Origin: an uncultured delta proteobacterium
Lineage (GTDB): Bacteria > Desulfobacterota > Desulfobacteria > Desulfobacterales > JAHEIW01
Length of the DNA stretch: 64,000 bases
Assembly: GCA_963706575.1 (NCBI GenBank)
Contig: CAVPNL010000022.1
Location: forward strand, 1 to 64,000
Direction of reading: 5' to 3'
A model generated the notes under the pieces. The model worked only from the letters and a program-made list of their open reading frames with translations, was not told the origin of the DNA and searched no databases. Shown piece after piece: positions 26,064 through 36,849 of this stretch (the stretch's first letter is position 1; each line of letters begins with the position of its first letter). A program made the translations under genes and the position numbers.

Positions 26064-26918
26064 GTGAACAACCGAAATTTATACAACATTACACTCAAAG
26101 TCGAAGCGTTTCCGGGAATGCCGGCTACGGCAGCGAAACTGCTTCCGCTTCTTGACGACCCGGATTCGACACCAGCTGAAGTAGAAAATATTGTAAAATA
26201 TGATCCGGGGCTCACCGCCAACATCCTGAAACTGACCAATTCTGCCTATTTTGGCATCCCCACCAAGGTCAGCTCGATTAAACAGGCTGTCATCCTCTTG
26301 GGGTGGAAACGGTTGATGCAGGTGGTGACGACCATCTGTATGAGCCCGTTAATGAAAAAAGCCGTCCCCGGATATGATTTGCGCAGCGGGGAATTATGGC
26401 GGCATTCCATTGCGGTTTCGGTGGCGGCAGAATTACTGGTAAAGGCCCTGAAAATACCTGATGCTGATGAAGTTTTTACAGCGGCCCTGCTGCATGATGT
26501 CGGCAAACTGATACTGGGCAGCTTTGTGAACAATGATTTAGAGCAAATCCGAGCCATGGTGACAAAGGGAATAACCTTTGATGTTGCCGAATCCATGGTG
26601 CTGGGAACCAATCATGCTGAAGTCGGCGGTCAGATATTGCACAAATGGTCGTTTCCGGTCGAGCTGGTTAATGCCGTTCGATGGCACCATGATCCCGAAT
26701 CCTGTGAAAATACATGTGTCCTGAGTGATATTGTGCATGTTGCCAACACGGTGGGGTTGATGACGGGTTTCGGGAAAGGAGAAGAGGGGATCGATATCGA
26801 ACCATTTGGTCCGGTCATAGACCGCCTCGGTTTAAAGGCTAACCACCTCGAAGCAATGGCGCAGCAGACACTGCTGGAGCTTGAAAAGCTTTCCGATCTA
26901 TGGGATATGAGGCAGTAG
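26064..26918 (+). CDS. HDOD domain protein
   Basis: 'DPGLTANILKLTNSAYFG', 'LWRHSIAV', 'AALLHDVGKL', 'HAEVG', 'WHH'. Confidence 0.93.
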   Translation: MNNRNLYNITLKVEAFPGMPATAAKLLPLLDDPDSTPAEVENIVKYDPGLTANILKLTNSAYFGIPTKVSSIKQAVILLGWKRLMQVVTTICMSPLMKKAVPGYDLRSGELWRHSIAVSVAAELLVKALKIPDADEVFTAALLHDVGKLILGSFVNNDLEQIRAMVTKGITFDVAESMVLGTNHAEVGGQILHKWSFPVELVNAVRWHHDPESCENTCVLSDIVHVANTVGLMTGFGKGEEGIDIEPFGPVIDRLGLKANHLEAMAQQTLLELEKLSDLWDMRQ

Positions 26919-26945
26919 TGACTTCAAAATGCCAACAAAAAAAAG

Positions 26946-27072
26946 AGTGACTAAAGTTAAAAGTGATCTAAAGTGACTAAAGTTGATGAATTCTATCATT
27001 TTTATAAAAGACGGAGCGTAGCGACACATTCACTTTAGGCACTTTAGCTCATTTTAGTCATTTTAGGCACTT
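26946..27072. repeat. Family A inverted 9-mer element, copy 2 (overlaps the 3' end of the radical SAM gene)
   Basis: agtgactaaagttaaaagtgatctaaagtgactaaagtt-core-actttaggcactttagctcattttagtcattttaggcactt. Confidence 0.88.
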
Positions 27073-28666
27073 CCAGAAAACTATCCCACTCCCATCTGAG
27101 CTCGTCATCTTTGAGATTCAATTTTAAATTCCCATCCTCAACCACCTGCTGCAGTGTGACTTTAAGCCGGTCTGGATCCATATCACTGGAACGTATAATG
27201 CGATCGATGAGTATCTCAAGGCCCTTTTCTTTGCTGATTTCCGAACCCGCGGCGGCTAGCGATAACGAACCGCAGTCTTCAATATGGTTTTGCATCATCA
27301 AGTCATAAAGCGTCACAGTGTTTTCAAGGTTCCTAAGCTGGCTGATCTCTTCGTCAGTGGCGCTTCCGTTCTGGATTTTTTTATGGATATGTCCCAGGTA
27401 TTGATCAAATTGATCTTCCCAGTCGACCACCACGGCGTCCAGCATTCGGTGGTTTACCGTTGCGGTCTCGATGACTGCCCGGTTGGCATCATATCTTGAC
27501 CAATCATCCGTTAAAATCCGAATTCCCAAGCGGTCACTTTGCTCACGAACCTCGGTCCCGGGGAAAGGAGCTAAAATGTGAAATCCGTATGCCAGACCTT
27601 CTTGCTGCAAATTTGCGGCAAACGCTTTCGTCTCTTTAATCGTTTGCGGCGTCTCCCCCGGAAGTCCCAGAATAAAGGATGCATACGGGCTGATCCCCAC
27701 CCGGCGGCAGATGCGGATTGCATTTCGAATCTGCTCAACGGTGATTCCTTTTTTGATCGTTTTTAAAATAGCCGGATTGGCCGATTCGATTCCAAAACTG
27801 ACGGCCGTGCACCCGGCGGCTTTCATCCTTGATAAAAGCTTTTCTGAAATCGTGTCGACCCGGGCAAATGAGGTCCAATTGATTTCTAAATTTCGTTGCA
27901 AGATTTCTTCGCAGATCGCCAGGCAGTGATTTTGATTGGCGGTGAAAAGATCATCGGCAATGTTGATTTGATGAAATTTTAGATCTGCCAGATACTGCAG
28001 TTCGGTGGCGACGCGCTCGGCACTGTGGTAGCGGACCTTGGCGCCTCCCATCTTGCGGCCAACACAAAAAATGCATTTATAGGGGCATCCCCGGCTGGTA
28101 GTCATGCTGATGGGCATCCTCAGCGCCCGGTATCTGCCCAGGGGCAGAAGGTGTCTGGCCGGAAATGGCAGGGCATCGAGGTCTTTAACCCATTGGCGTT
28201 TAGCTGTGGTCACAATTTTCGAACCCGCCCGATAGGCGATGCCGTTGACCGTATCGAAATTGCGATCACATTTAACCGCGCGTAAGAGCTCAACCAGCGT
28301 TTCTTCCCCCTCGCCGATAACCACAGCGTCCAATTCGGTGAAGCTTTCCAGAGTTTCTTGTGCGCAAAATGTGACATGCGGCCCTCCCATCACTGTCAAA
28401 ATTTCAGGATCGATGGCCTTTACATCGCTAAGAACCTGCCTGGCGTGATCAAAGGTCATGCTTACCGCGGTGGCCCCCGCAACCTGAGGCTTAAATTCTT
28501 TCAAGACAGATTCAAGCCTAGCGCGCCGGTACGGATAAACGACATAATCCAGAATCTTTACCTGAGCACCTGTCTGTTCCAAAACGGCAGCCAGATAAGC
28601 CAGCCCCAGCGGCGGCGAAGGCGTTTCGGAAATGGGATAATACGGGTTGATCAGGAGGACGCGCAT
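27044..28666 (-). CDS. Cobalamin-binding radical SAM protein (class B methyltransferase-like)
   Basis: 'PPLGLAYLAA', 'GGPHVT', 'GEGE', 'SRGCPYKCIFC' (CxxxCxxC), 'GIES', 'GLPGET'. Confidence 0.93.
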   Translation of the reverse strand: MRVLLINPYYPISETPSPPLGLAYLAAVLEQTGAQVKILDYVVYPYRRARLESVLKEFKPQVAGATAVSMTFDHARQVLSDVKAIDPEILTVMGGPHVTFCAQETLESFTELDAVVIGEGEETLVELLRAVKCDRNFDTVNGIAYRAGSKIVTTAKRQWVKDLDALPFPARHLLPLGRYRALRMPISMTTSRGCPYKCIFCVGRKMGGAKVRYHSAERVATELQYLADLKFHQINIADDLFTANQNHCLAICEEILQRNLEINWTSFARVDTISEKLLSRMKAAGCTAVSFGIESANPAILKTIKKGITVEQIRNAIRICRRVGISPYASFILGLPGETPQTIKETKAFAANLQQEGLAYGFHILAPFPGTEVREQSDRLGIRILTDDWSRYDANRAVIETATVNHRMLDAVVVDWEDQFDQYLGHIHKKIQNGSATDEEISQLRNLENTVTLYDLMMQNHIEDCGSLSLAAAGSEISKEKGLEILIDRIIRSSDMDPDRLKVTLQQVVEDGNLKLNLKDDELRWEWDSFLEVPKMTKMS

Positions 28667-28708
28667 AATTAAAGGTGTTTCATATAGGATTTCAGATATC
28701 TGTAACCA

Positions 28709-28845
28709 GGGTTCAGCGGTTCAGGGTTCAAGGGTTGCGGTTTACGCGTTGCGTGTTACGAATTCTGAGCAGCGAGTAGCCAGAGGTCAGCGGCCAGCAG
28801 GCAGAGGCGAACCTCTGAACCTTGAACGCTGAACCTTGGAACCGT
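28709..28845. repeat. Composite inverted 7/8-mer repeat (GGTTCAG... / ...CTGAACC)
   Basis: ggttcagcggttcagggttcaagggttgcggtttacgcgttgcgtgttacg ... cgaacctctgaaccttgaacgctgaaccttggaacc. Confidence 0.8.
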
Positions 28846-28848
28846 GAG

Positions 28849-28885
28849 AATAAAAATGGGGCCTGGAAACGATTTCCAGACCCCA
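28849..28885 (-). terminator. Intrinsic terminator of fhs
   Basis: tggggcctggaaa-cga-tttccagacccca stem with an A-tract on the left (U-tract on the minus strand). Confidence 0.7.
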
Positions 28886-28910
28886 AGGTGGTTTATATTT
28901 GGGCCATTGT

Positions 28911-30674
28911 TTAGAACAGTCCTGACACTTTGCCGGTCTTGACGTCGACATCCACCCTTCTAAAAGCCGGGTTGGAGCCGGTTCCGGGCATCAGGCTGAT
29001 AGTACCGGCGCAGGGACACAGAAACTTTGCGCCGGAATAAATCAGCACGTCCCGAACGGGCAACGTCCAGCCTTTGGGCGCACCCTTGATCGTCGGGTCG
29101 TGGCTCAGGCTGAGATGGGTTTTGACCATCATGGTAGCAAAGTCGGCGTACTTGGGATCGTCCTCAAGCATCTTGGCCTTGGCCTCGGCTTCCGGGGTCC
29201 AGGCCACGCCGTCGGCACCGTAGACTTCCTTGGCGATCAAGTCGACACGGTCGCGCAATTTCATCTCCAGCGGATAGAGGAATTTGAAGTCGTTTTTCTC
29301 TTCGCAGGCTTCCACGACGGCATCGGCGAATTCCAGGGCACCGTCGCCGCCCAGTTCCCAGTGTTTGGACTCGGCGCAGCGCGCACCGGCGGCCTCGGCC
29401 GCTTTGCGGACAATCTTACATTCCTCATCCGTATCGGTGTAAAAGCGGTTGATACAAACGACCGGGTTGATGCCGGCCTTGCGGATGGTGTTGATGTGAT
29501 GCACCATATTCACACAGCCTGCTTCGACCATGCCCACATTCTCCTTGGTGTACTCATCCGGCATGGCGATGCCCGGAGTTACTTTGGGTCCGCCGCCGTG
29601 GCTTTTCAGCGCGCGGATGGTGGTGGTCAGAACCGATACATGGGGTTTCAATCCGCTGAAGCGGGATTTGACGTTCCAGAATTTCTCGAAGCCGATATCG
29701 GCGCCAAAACCCGATTCGGTGACATGGTAGTCGAACAGTTTCAGACCAACACGGTCGGCGATGATGGAAGACTGTCCGACGGCGATGTTGGCAAACGGTC
29801 CGGCATGCACCATGCAGGGGTTGTACTCGGCAGTGCACATCATGGTGGGGTTGATGGTGTTGCGCATAAAAGCGGTCATGGCGTTGCCGCATTCGAGATC
29901 GCCGGTGGTCACCGGCTTGCCGCTCTTATCGAATGCCACCGTGATGTTGTTGAGCCGTTCTTTTAAGTCGGCCAGATCGCGGATAACCGACAGGATGGCC
30001 ATACACTCGGAACCGACCGCAATGCCGAATTTGGACTGCATGGTAAAGCCATCCATGCGCCCGCCGATGCCGATGATGATGTTTCGCAACGCCTGGGCAC
30101 AAAAATCCATGATCCAACCCAGCTCCACACGGGTGGGATCGATGTTCAGCCGCGGCATGCCGGTCAGTCGTTGCAGCTGCTCATCGTTGTAATTGCGTTC
30201 GTGCTGCATGCGGGAGGTCATGGCCACCATGGCCAGGTTGTGGGCGTTCATGATATCATTGATATCACCGGTTAAACCCAGCGAAAATTCGGTCATGGGG
30301 ATCAGCAGGGAGTTGCCGCCACCGGCAGCGGTTCCCTTGACGTTCATGGTGGGGCCGCCGGAGGGCTGGCGCAGCGCGCCACCCACGTTCTTACCGCGTT
30401 TGCCGAGGCCTTCCATCAAACCGCATGAAGTGGTGCTTTTGCCTTCACCCAGGGGAGTGGGTGTGATGGCGGTCACCTCGATGTATTTGCCGTCGGGTTT
30501 GTCCTTGAGCCGCTCGATGATTTTAAGAAAATCGAGTTTCGCCAGCCTGCCCATGGGAAGAATTTCGTCTTTTTCCAAACCCAGCTTTTCCTGCCATTCT
30601 TCCGGTGTCGGCATGTTCTTTTCTGCCGCTTCAGAAATCTGCCAGTCTGCCATCTTTACTGCATCATAAGCCAT
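28911..30674 (-). CDS. fhs: Formate-tetrahydrofolate ligase
   Basis: '[14 protein letters not shown]', '[10 protein letters not shown]', '[14 protein letters not shown]', 'MPGTGS'. Confidence 0.97.
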   Translation of the reverse strand: MAYDAVKMADWQISEAAEKNMPTPEEWQEKLGLEKDEILPMGRLAKLDFLKIIERLKDKPDGKYIEVTAITPTPLGEGKSTTSCGLMEGLGKRGKNVGGALRQPSGGPTMNVKGTAAGGGNSLLIPMTEFSLGLTGDINDIMNAHNLAMVAMTSRMQHERNYNDEQLQRLTGMPRLNIDPTRVELGWIMDFCAQALRNIIIGIGGRMDGFTMQSKFGIAVGSECMAILSVIRDLADLKERLNNITVAFDKSGKPVTTGDLECGNAMTAFMRNTINPTMMCTAEYNPCMVHAGPFANIAVGQSSIIADRVGLKLFDYHVTESGFGADIGFEKFWNVKSRFSGLKPHVSVLTTTIRALKSHGGGPKVTPGIAMPDEYTKENVGMVEAGCVNMVHHINTIRKAGINPVVCINRFYTDTDEECKIVRKAAEAAGARCAESKHWELGGDGALEFADAVVEACEEKNDFKFLYPLEMKLRDRVDLIAKEVYGADGVAWTPEAEAKAKMLEDDPKYADFATMMVKTHLSLSHDPTIKGAPKGWTLPVRDVLIYSGAKFLCPCAGTISLMPGTGSNPAFRRVDVDVKTGKVSGLF

Positions 30675-30835
30675 CTATCAAATCCTCCTTTCATTTTTTA
30701 TCGATCTGTTAGAGAAATCGTGGGGAATAATCTTGTGTGAATCACTTTGCTCTAAACAGCGTAACACCGTGTTTTTAAAAAACACCATGCGTTTATCATC
30801 TGCCCGTTCTTTTGGCAAGAGATTTGTTTCACAAG

Positions 30836-31066
30836 ATTCAAGGTTCAGGGTTTAAGGGTTCAGAGGTTCATGATTCAAGGGTTCAGGGGTTGTGGGACCG
30901 GTTAGATTAGTTTTATTTGTTTCATTGGTTAAATTGGTTAATAGTTCAATGGTTAAATTGGTTCAATTAGTGAAATTGGTTAAATTGTTGAATAGATTGA
31001 ATGGTTGATCTGCAGACCTCCAATCGAACCAATTGAACGAATTGAACCAATCAAACCAATTAAACC
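30836..31066. repeat. Family C composite element (GGTTCAAG 8-mers plus AATTGGTT 9-mer inverted arms), copy 1
   Basis: 30-bp block 30901-30930 is the exact reverse complement of 46256-46285. Confidence 0.88.
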
Positions 31067-31069
31067 GCT

Positions 31070-33046
31070 CTACTTCTGGAACTGACTGAGGCGATAGTAG
31101 AATCCTTGCCGGTCCATCAGCTCGGCATGGCTGCCGGTTTCGATGATGCGGCCGCGGTTGAGGACGATGATCCGATCGACATGGCGCACCGTCGATAGCC
31201 GATGGGCGATGATCATCGCGGTTCTGTTTTTCATCAGTTTCTCCAGGGCCTGTTGGATCCACAGCTCGGTCTGTGAGTCGATATAGGAGGTGGCTTCATC
31301 AAATAAAATCAACTGGGGATTTCTGGCAAATGCCCTGGCAATCGAAATCAGCTGCCGTTCTCCGCTGGAAACGGATGTGCCCCCTCCGGTTAGAACCGTT
31401 TCCAGGCCGTCGGGTAAACGTTGAATCAGAGAGCGGCAGTTTGCGGCCTCAATGATTTTCTGCACCGCTTCTTCCGTCGTATGATCTGCCTTTTCGAATA
31501 TGTTTTGCCGGATAGTACCGGAAAACAGAAAGGGCTCCTGCATCACCAGCGCCATCTTATCGCGAAATACAGCGCTGTCAAATTTTCTAATGTCGATGTC
31601 GTTGATAAGAATGCGACCCGATGTCGGATCATAGAATCGGGGCATCAGATTAACCAGAGAAGTTTTGCCGGCCCCGGTAGGGCCAACGACCGCCACGGTT
31701 TCCCCGGCATTAATCTGCAGGGTTATGTTTTTAAGCACCTTTTCATCACCGATATAGCTGAAAGAAACATCTTCCAGCCGGATTTCTCGAATACGATCCA
31801 AGGTCGGCGGGCCGATCTGGATCGGAGTTTTCGCTAGCGTATTTTCTGTATCCAGAATCAACAATATTCTTTCGGCCGAAGACATGGCATTTTGCAAAAT
31901 ATTGTATTTTTCCGCCAGATCTCTTATCGGTCTGAAAAACATCCGGATATAGGAGATGAATGCCACCAGGGTCCCCAGACTCAGGGTGTCATTTAACACC
32001 CGGCTGCCGCCGTAAAAAATCACCAGGGCTGCGGCGGTGACGCCCAAAAGCTCGATAATGGGCATAAATACGGCCAGAACGTGAATCTGCCGCATGCCGG
32101 CTAAATAATTCTCGTGGTTAAGCTGGTTGAACTTTTTATAATTTTTCGCTTCCTGGCCCAACAGCTGAATAACCCGGATGCCTTCGATGGTTTCGGCAAA
32201 GCGGGTGTTAATTTCGGCGATTTTTATTCTCAGGGTTCGGAAAACATCCCGGGCCTTCACAGAAAATTTAGCGGAAGCAAAAATTACAATCGGCAGGACC
32301 GTAAAGGAGACCAGGGCAAGTTTCCAGTTGAGAACCAGCATGACGGAGGCAATTCCCACCAGCAGGAAGCAGTCTTTAAAAACCAGGGAGATGACCGAGG
32401 TAAATAATTCGTGCATGTTCTGGACATCATTTGTCACCCGGGTCACCAGTCGGCCGACCGGGTTGCGGGTAAAAAAGTCAATGGTCAGATTCTGTATATG
32501 AGTAAAAAGCTTCATCCTCAAATCGTGCATGATCATGTGCCCGCTGTATTCCATGATCATTTTTTGGGTGAAATTGAGAATGAAATCAAGAAAGACAATT
32601 GCCAGGAAGATCAGTGCTATTGTGCCAAGGCCGGTAAAATCCTTCTGGCGCAACATTTTCAGATCGGATTTTTCAAGGCGCGCCAGCTCATCAAATGAAA
32701 TAAAGGCGGTTTGGCCTTCAATTTGAAACAAAGCACTGTATTTTTGGACAACATCGCGCTGTCGGGGGTTTTTCAGGTCCGCTTTAAGATATCTGTTGCG
32801 GGTTCCATCGTTGCGGGTAAGCGCTCCGGCCGCATCGGTTGTTTGCGGAACGATATAGCGGTCAATCGCCACCTTGGTCACATAGGGCAACGCAAGATCC
32901 AGCGCTGTGATACCGATTACCAAAAAAATCGACCATAATATTAGCAACTTATATGGCTGGACAAACGGCAAAAGACGCTTTAGCAGCTTTACATCATAAG
33001 ATTTGCCCAGCTGAGTTTCCTCAAAATATCCATAATCAGGATGCAT
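31070..33046 (-). CDS. ABC exporter ATP-binding/permease subunit (MdlB-like)
   Basis: TM domain plus 'GPTGAGKTS', 'SSGERQL', 'FDEATS', 'IAHRLST'. Confidence 0.93.
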   Translation of the reverse strand: MHPDYGYFEETQLGKSYDVKLLKRLLPFVQPYKLLILWSIFLVIGITALDLALPYVTKVAIDRYIVPQTTDAAGALTRNDGTRNRYLKADLKNPRQRDVVQKYSALFQIEGQTAFISFDELARLEKSDLKMLRQKDFTGLGTIALIFLAIVFLDFILNFTQKMIMEYSGHMIMHDLRMKLFTHIQNLTIDFFTRNPVGRLVTRVTNDVQNMHELFTSVISLVFKDCFLLVGIASVMLVLNWKLALVSFTVLPIVIFASAKFSVKARDVFRTLRIKIAEINTRFAETIEGIRVIQLLGQEAKNYKKFNQLNHENYLAGMRQIHVLAVFMPIIELLGVTAAALVIFYGGSRVLNDTLSLGTLVAFISYIRMFFRPIRDLAEKYNILQNAMSSAERILLILDTENTLAKTPIQIGPPTLDRIREIRLEDVSFSYIGDEKVLKNITLQINAGETVAVVGPTGAGKTSLVNLMPRFYDPTSGRILINDIDIRKFDSAVFRDKMALVMQEPFLFSGTIRQNIFEKADHTTEEAVQKIIEAANCRSLIQRLPDGLETVLTGGGTSVSSGERQLISIARAFARNPQLILFDEATSYIDSQTELWIQQALEKLMKNRTAMIIAHRLSTVRHVDRIIVLNRGRIIETGSHAELMDRQGFYYRLSQFQK

Positions 33047-34799
33047 TTACACCTGCTTCATATTCTTGAAGTTTAAATGCTTTGGCATAATAGCGTTGGG
33101 TTGTGATCAAATCCCGGTGCGTGCCCTGTTCAATCACTTTGCCCTGTTGCAGGGCGATAATCTGGTCCGCAAAGCTCACCGCCGAAATGCGATGGGATGC
33201 AATGATGATCGTTTTTTGGCCGATCATGGATTTGATGGTATCGATCATTGCAGACCCCGTTTCCAGATCCACCTGACTGGTGGGGTCATCTAAAATGAGT
33301 ACACCGGCCTCCTTCAGCAGGCAGCGGGCTAAAGCGATGCGCTGCTTTTGGCCGCCGGAAAGGATAACCCCTTTTTCTCCGACAATGGTGTCAAAACCGT
33401 TCGGAAAGGTGCGGATGGTATCATCAAGGATTGCTTTTTGACAGATCCCTTCCAGCCTGTTTTGCTCAATCAACGGGTTATCGAAAGCAATGTTTTCCCG
33501 GATGGTGCCCGCAAACAAGAAGGGTTCCTGGGGCATAAAGGCGATATGCGATCTTAAATTGTCAATTTTCAATGAACGGATATCGTTGCCGTCAATAAAG
33601 ATGCCGCCTTGAGACACGTCGTATAGCCTGGGGATTAGACTCAACAGCGTTGTTTTGCCGCTACCGGGAGGGCCGACGATACCCAGGACTTTTCCCGGTT
33701 CCACCGCCAGGCTGATCCCTGAAAGCACCGGCGTGCTGCCGTTAGCGGTACCATCATGGTTGTAGGCGAAGTCGACTTCCCTAAATTCGATCCGGCCCTG
33801 AAGCTGCGCCAGCCTAAGCGCGGGATGTTGGTTTTTGATTTCAGGAGGTATTTCCAAAATGCGATTAATCCGATCCAGCGAAGCCCGTCCGCGCTGAATC
33901 AGGTTGGTTACCCAGCCCAGGGCCATCATGGGCCAGGTCAATAATCCCAGATAGCTGATAAAGGCCACAAAGTCCCCCGGGGTAATGGTCATGGTAATGG
34001 TCTGGCGCCCCCCCAGATACAGCACGATCGCCAGACTTAAATTGGTAAACAGCAGCATCATGGGAAAGAAAACGCCGACAATTTTTACCAGGCTCAGATT
34101 TTCTTTAACATATTCTTTTGAAACGGATTCCACCCGCGCGGTTTCTCTTGCATTGCGGTTATGGGCTTTAATAATGCGAATTCCGGCAAAGCGCTCCCGG
34201 ATGACTTCAGTCAAATTTGAAAACGTGGCCTGAACGCTCTGGTAGCGGTGGTGCATCTTTCTGCTGAAAAAACGGGTAGAGATGGTGATCAGCGGCATGG
34301 GGATCAATACAAAAAGGGTCAGGGTCACATTGATATAGAGCATAAAACCGATGGCGGCGGCACCCAGTACGATGGCATCGTTGAGGGCCACCAGCCCCAT
34401 TCCGGTCGCCATTCTGACCTGCTGGATGTCATTGGTGGCGTGGGCCATTAAATCACCGGTTTGGGTTTGATCAAAATAAGACGCCGACAGGGTCTGGATA
34501 TGGGCAAACAGGCGGTTGCGTAAGCCCTCTTCAACCCGACGGGAGGTTCCCAGCAGACAGCGCCGCCAAACATAGCGAAACGCGCTAATCAATACGGCGA
34601 TGACCGCCATGTAGATTGCGTAAATCAACAGCTGTCTCAGATCGATTCGCAAATCGGTCAGCCCGTCAACCGTCCATTTGATGATGCGGGGTATGAAAAG
34701 CTGCAGCATATCGACAATAATCAAACTGAGCAGGCCGATGGCGATTTTTCGTCGGTTTTCCTTAAAATACGGCTTGATCACTGCGATGGATTTCATCAT
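33036..34799 (-). CDS. ABC exporter ATP-binding/permease subunit (MdlA-like, degenerate site)
   Basis: 'TGDLMAHATND', 'GPPGSGKTT', 'LSGGQKQRIALAR', 'LILDD'. Confidence 0.93.
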   Translation of the reverse strand: MMKSIAVIKPYFKENRRKIAIGLLSLIIVDMLQLFIPRIIKWTVDGLTDLRIDLRQLLIYAIYMAVIAVLISAFRYVWRRCLLGTSRRVEEGLRNRLFAHIQTLSASYFDQTQTGDLMAHATNDIQQVRMATGMGLVALNDAIVLGAAAIGFMLYINVTLTLFVLIPMPLITISTRFFSRKMHHRYQSVQATFSNLTEVIRERFAGIRIIKAHNRNARETARVESVSKEYVKENLSLVKIVGVFFPMMLLFTNLSLAIVLYLGGRQTITMTITPGDFVAFISYLGLLTWPMMALGWVTNLIQRGRASLDRINRILEIPPEIKNQHPALRLAQLQGRIEFREVDFAYNHDGTANGSTPVLSGISLAVEPGKVLGIVGPPGSGKTTLLSLIPRLYDVSQGGIFIDGNDIRSLKIDNLRSHIAFMPQEPFLFAGTIRENIAFDNPLIEQNRLEGICQKAILDDTIRTFPNGFDTIVGEKGVILSGGQKQRIALARCLLKEAGVLILDDPTSQVDLETGSAMIDTIKSMIGQKTIIIASHRISAVSFADQIIALQQGKVIEQGTHRDLITTQRYYAKAFKLQEYEAGVNAS

Positions 34800-34846
34800 C
34801 TTTTGCCTCGTTGACTTCGTCGAGGTCGATTGTTATTGTAATTTTT

Positions 34847-36844
34847 ATGGAATCAGGAAGCATTGTTGAATACATAGACCGCCAGAAGATTATGTGCGCC
34901 GTCGTTCTGGAAGTCAAGAACCAGCGTCTACGGTTGTTAACTGAAAACAATCGAGAGGTCAACCTGTCACACCAACGTTTGTTGCACAAAGATAAAACAT
35001 GCCTGGCTCGCACTTTAAGCCGGGATCAGATGGTCGAAGCTCTTAAACAGGTTGTTCAGAAGCGTCAGGAGTTGATCAACAATATCGATATCAAAGAATT
35101 GTGGGAGGTGCTGAATTCAGAGCAGAATTGGATCGACCTGGCCACCATGACCGAATTTTGTTTTCCGGACAGCCCTTCAGGGGACCATGAGTCCGCTGTT
35201 ATACGCGCACTATTTAACGATCGGATTTACTTTAAATTCAACCCGGATGGATTCCTCCCCAATTCCGAAAAACGGGTTGAACAAATCGCCGCCCAGCGAG
35301 AAGCGGAAAAACGGAAAAATAGGCTCATTGAGATCGGAAGCGCCTGGCTCAAAAGCACGCTGAATTCCGCTGAATCCGCAGATCTTCAAATGTTGCCCGA
35401 TGAAATTCACCAATCGATTGACATTCTGAAATCCTACTACCTTTTTCAAAAGGACAGCAAAGATGATGAGATTGCCAGGGCCATAATCGCCAGGGCCGGA
35501 ATTGAAAGCCTTAATGATATTTTCCGGATTTTTGGCAAACTGGGTATATTTGATGAAGATGAAAATATCGAATTGCTTCGTTGCGACGTATCCTCTGAAT
35601 TTACCGAAAACGTTGTAGCCCATGCGGCGCAAGTGGTCAGCTCAAATACCATTGGCTCAATGGACGGCTCCCGCAAAGACCTGACTCAACTGCCCCTAAT
35701 GACGATAGATGGTCAGGGGACTTTAGATTTTGATGATGCCATTAGCATTGAAGAAGTGGGTGATTCATTTCGGCTGGGTGTCCATATCGTCGATGTGGGC
35801 CACTTCATTCAAAAAAACGACGTTGTTGACCAGGAGGCGCGATTGCGCGGCAGCTCCATTTATATGCCGGATCAGAAGATTTCCATGTTGCCTTCAGTTC
35901 TGGCTGAAGGCCTCTGCAGCTTGAAAGCCGGAGAGTTGCGACCTGCTATCAGTATTATGATTCATCTGAGTCCGATGGCTGAGATTGTGAATTATGAAAT
36001 TTTTCAAAGCCTGATCAAAGTCGAGCAGCAATTCACCTACTATGATGTCAATGTTTATGCCGAGCAAGACCGAACTGTGCGTATTTTGCGAGATATTGCC
36101 GAAAAATTTCGCAAGAAAAGACTGGATGACGGTGCCATCCAAATAACGGTTCCGGAAATCAGCATCTGGCTCAATGAAAAACGGGAAGTGTCCATCAATA
36201 AAATTAATCGCGAAAGCCCCGGCAGGATGCTGGTTTCTGAGCTTATGATCATGGCGAACTGGTTGATGGCGAAATATCTAAAAGATCGCCAGATACCCGC
36301 CATATTCAGATCGCAACCCAAACCGCGGGAACGATTATACAAAAATCACGAGGGAACACTGTTTCAAAATTGGATGCAACGGCGGCTATTGAGACGTTTC
36401 GTCTTAAGCACCAGTGCCGAATGGCATTCGGGTTTGGGCCTGGATGCATATGTTACCGCTACTTCACCCATTCGAAAATATTCCGACGTGGTCACCCAGC
36501 GACAGATCAGAGCTTCACTGGGGCTTGAAAGTGCTTACACCGTCGATCAAATCGATGAAATCATTCAATCCCTTGAACTGCCGATGAGCCAGGTTGGCAG
36601 GATTCAATATACGCGCCATCGCTATTGGCTGCTCAAATACCTGGAAAGTCAAATTGGACAAAAGGAAGAAGCCATCATACTGAATCGAACCCGCAGAAAT
36701 TATCAGATCCTTTTAACCCAGTACATGCTTGAGTGCGATCTGCCGATATCAAGCGGCATCGAATTAAAGCCGGAAGATTTAATACAGATCACCGTTCAGC
36801 GGGTTAACGCCAGGAAGGATGTATTACAAGTCGCCATCGGGTAA
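34847..36844 (+). CDS. RNB-domain exoribonuclease (RNase II family)
   Basis: 'TIDGQGTLDFDDAIS', 'HIVDV', 'RGSSIYMP', 'ELMIMAN', 'HSGLGLDAYVTATSPIRKYSD'. Confidence 0.92.
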   Translation: MESGSIVEYIDRQKIMCAVVLEVKNQRLRLLTENNREVNLSHQRLLHKDKTCLARTLSRDQMVEALKQVVQKRQELINNIDIKELWEVLNSEQNWIDLATMTEFCFPDSPSGDHESAVIRALFNDRIYFKFNPDGFLPNSEKRVEQIAAQREAEKRKNRLIEIGSAWLKSTLNSAESADLQMLPDEIHQSIDILKSYYLFQKDSKDDEIARAIIARAGIESLNDIFRIFGKLGIFDEDENIELLRCDVSSEFTENVVAHAAQVVSSNTIGSMDGSRKDLTQLPLMTIDGQGTLDFDDAISIEEVGDSFRLGVHIVDVGHFIQKNDVVDQEARLRGSSIYMPDQKISMLPSVLAEGLCSLKAGELRPAISIMIHLSPMAEIVNYEIFQSLIKVEQQFTYYDVNVYAEQDRTVRILRDIAEKFRKKRLDDGAIQITVPEISIWLNEKREVSINKINRESPGRMLVSELMIMANWLMAKYLKDRQIPAIFRSQPKPRERLYKNHEGTLFQNWMQRRLLRRFVLSTSAEWHSGLGLDAYVTATSPIRKYSDVVTQRQIRASLGLESAYTVDQIDEIIQSLELPMSQVGRIQYTRHRYWLLKYLESQIGQKEEAIILNRTRRNYQILLTQYMLECDLPISSGIELKPEDLIQITVQRVNARKDVLQVAIG

Positions 36845-36849
36845 GAGAT

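Noticed and set aside
29100..29966. Long antisense ORFs opposite fhs (and similar ones at 10551-11333 and 44333-45127)
   Set aside because: These are shadow ORFs caused by codon bias of the real gene on the other strand; no motifs or SD.
30675..30835. THF or ZTP riboswitch upstream of fhs
   Set aside because: No recognisable conserved core; the region looks like an ordinary promoter followed by repeats.
30963..31262. 99-aa ORF with an 'FNWFDWFNSFNWFDW' repeat
   Set aside because: It is a translation of the Family C 9-mer DNA repeat overlapping the ABC gene end, not a credible protein.
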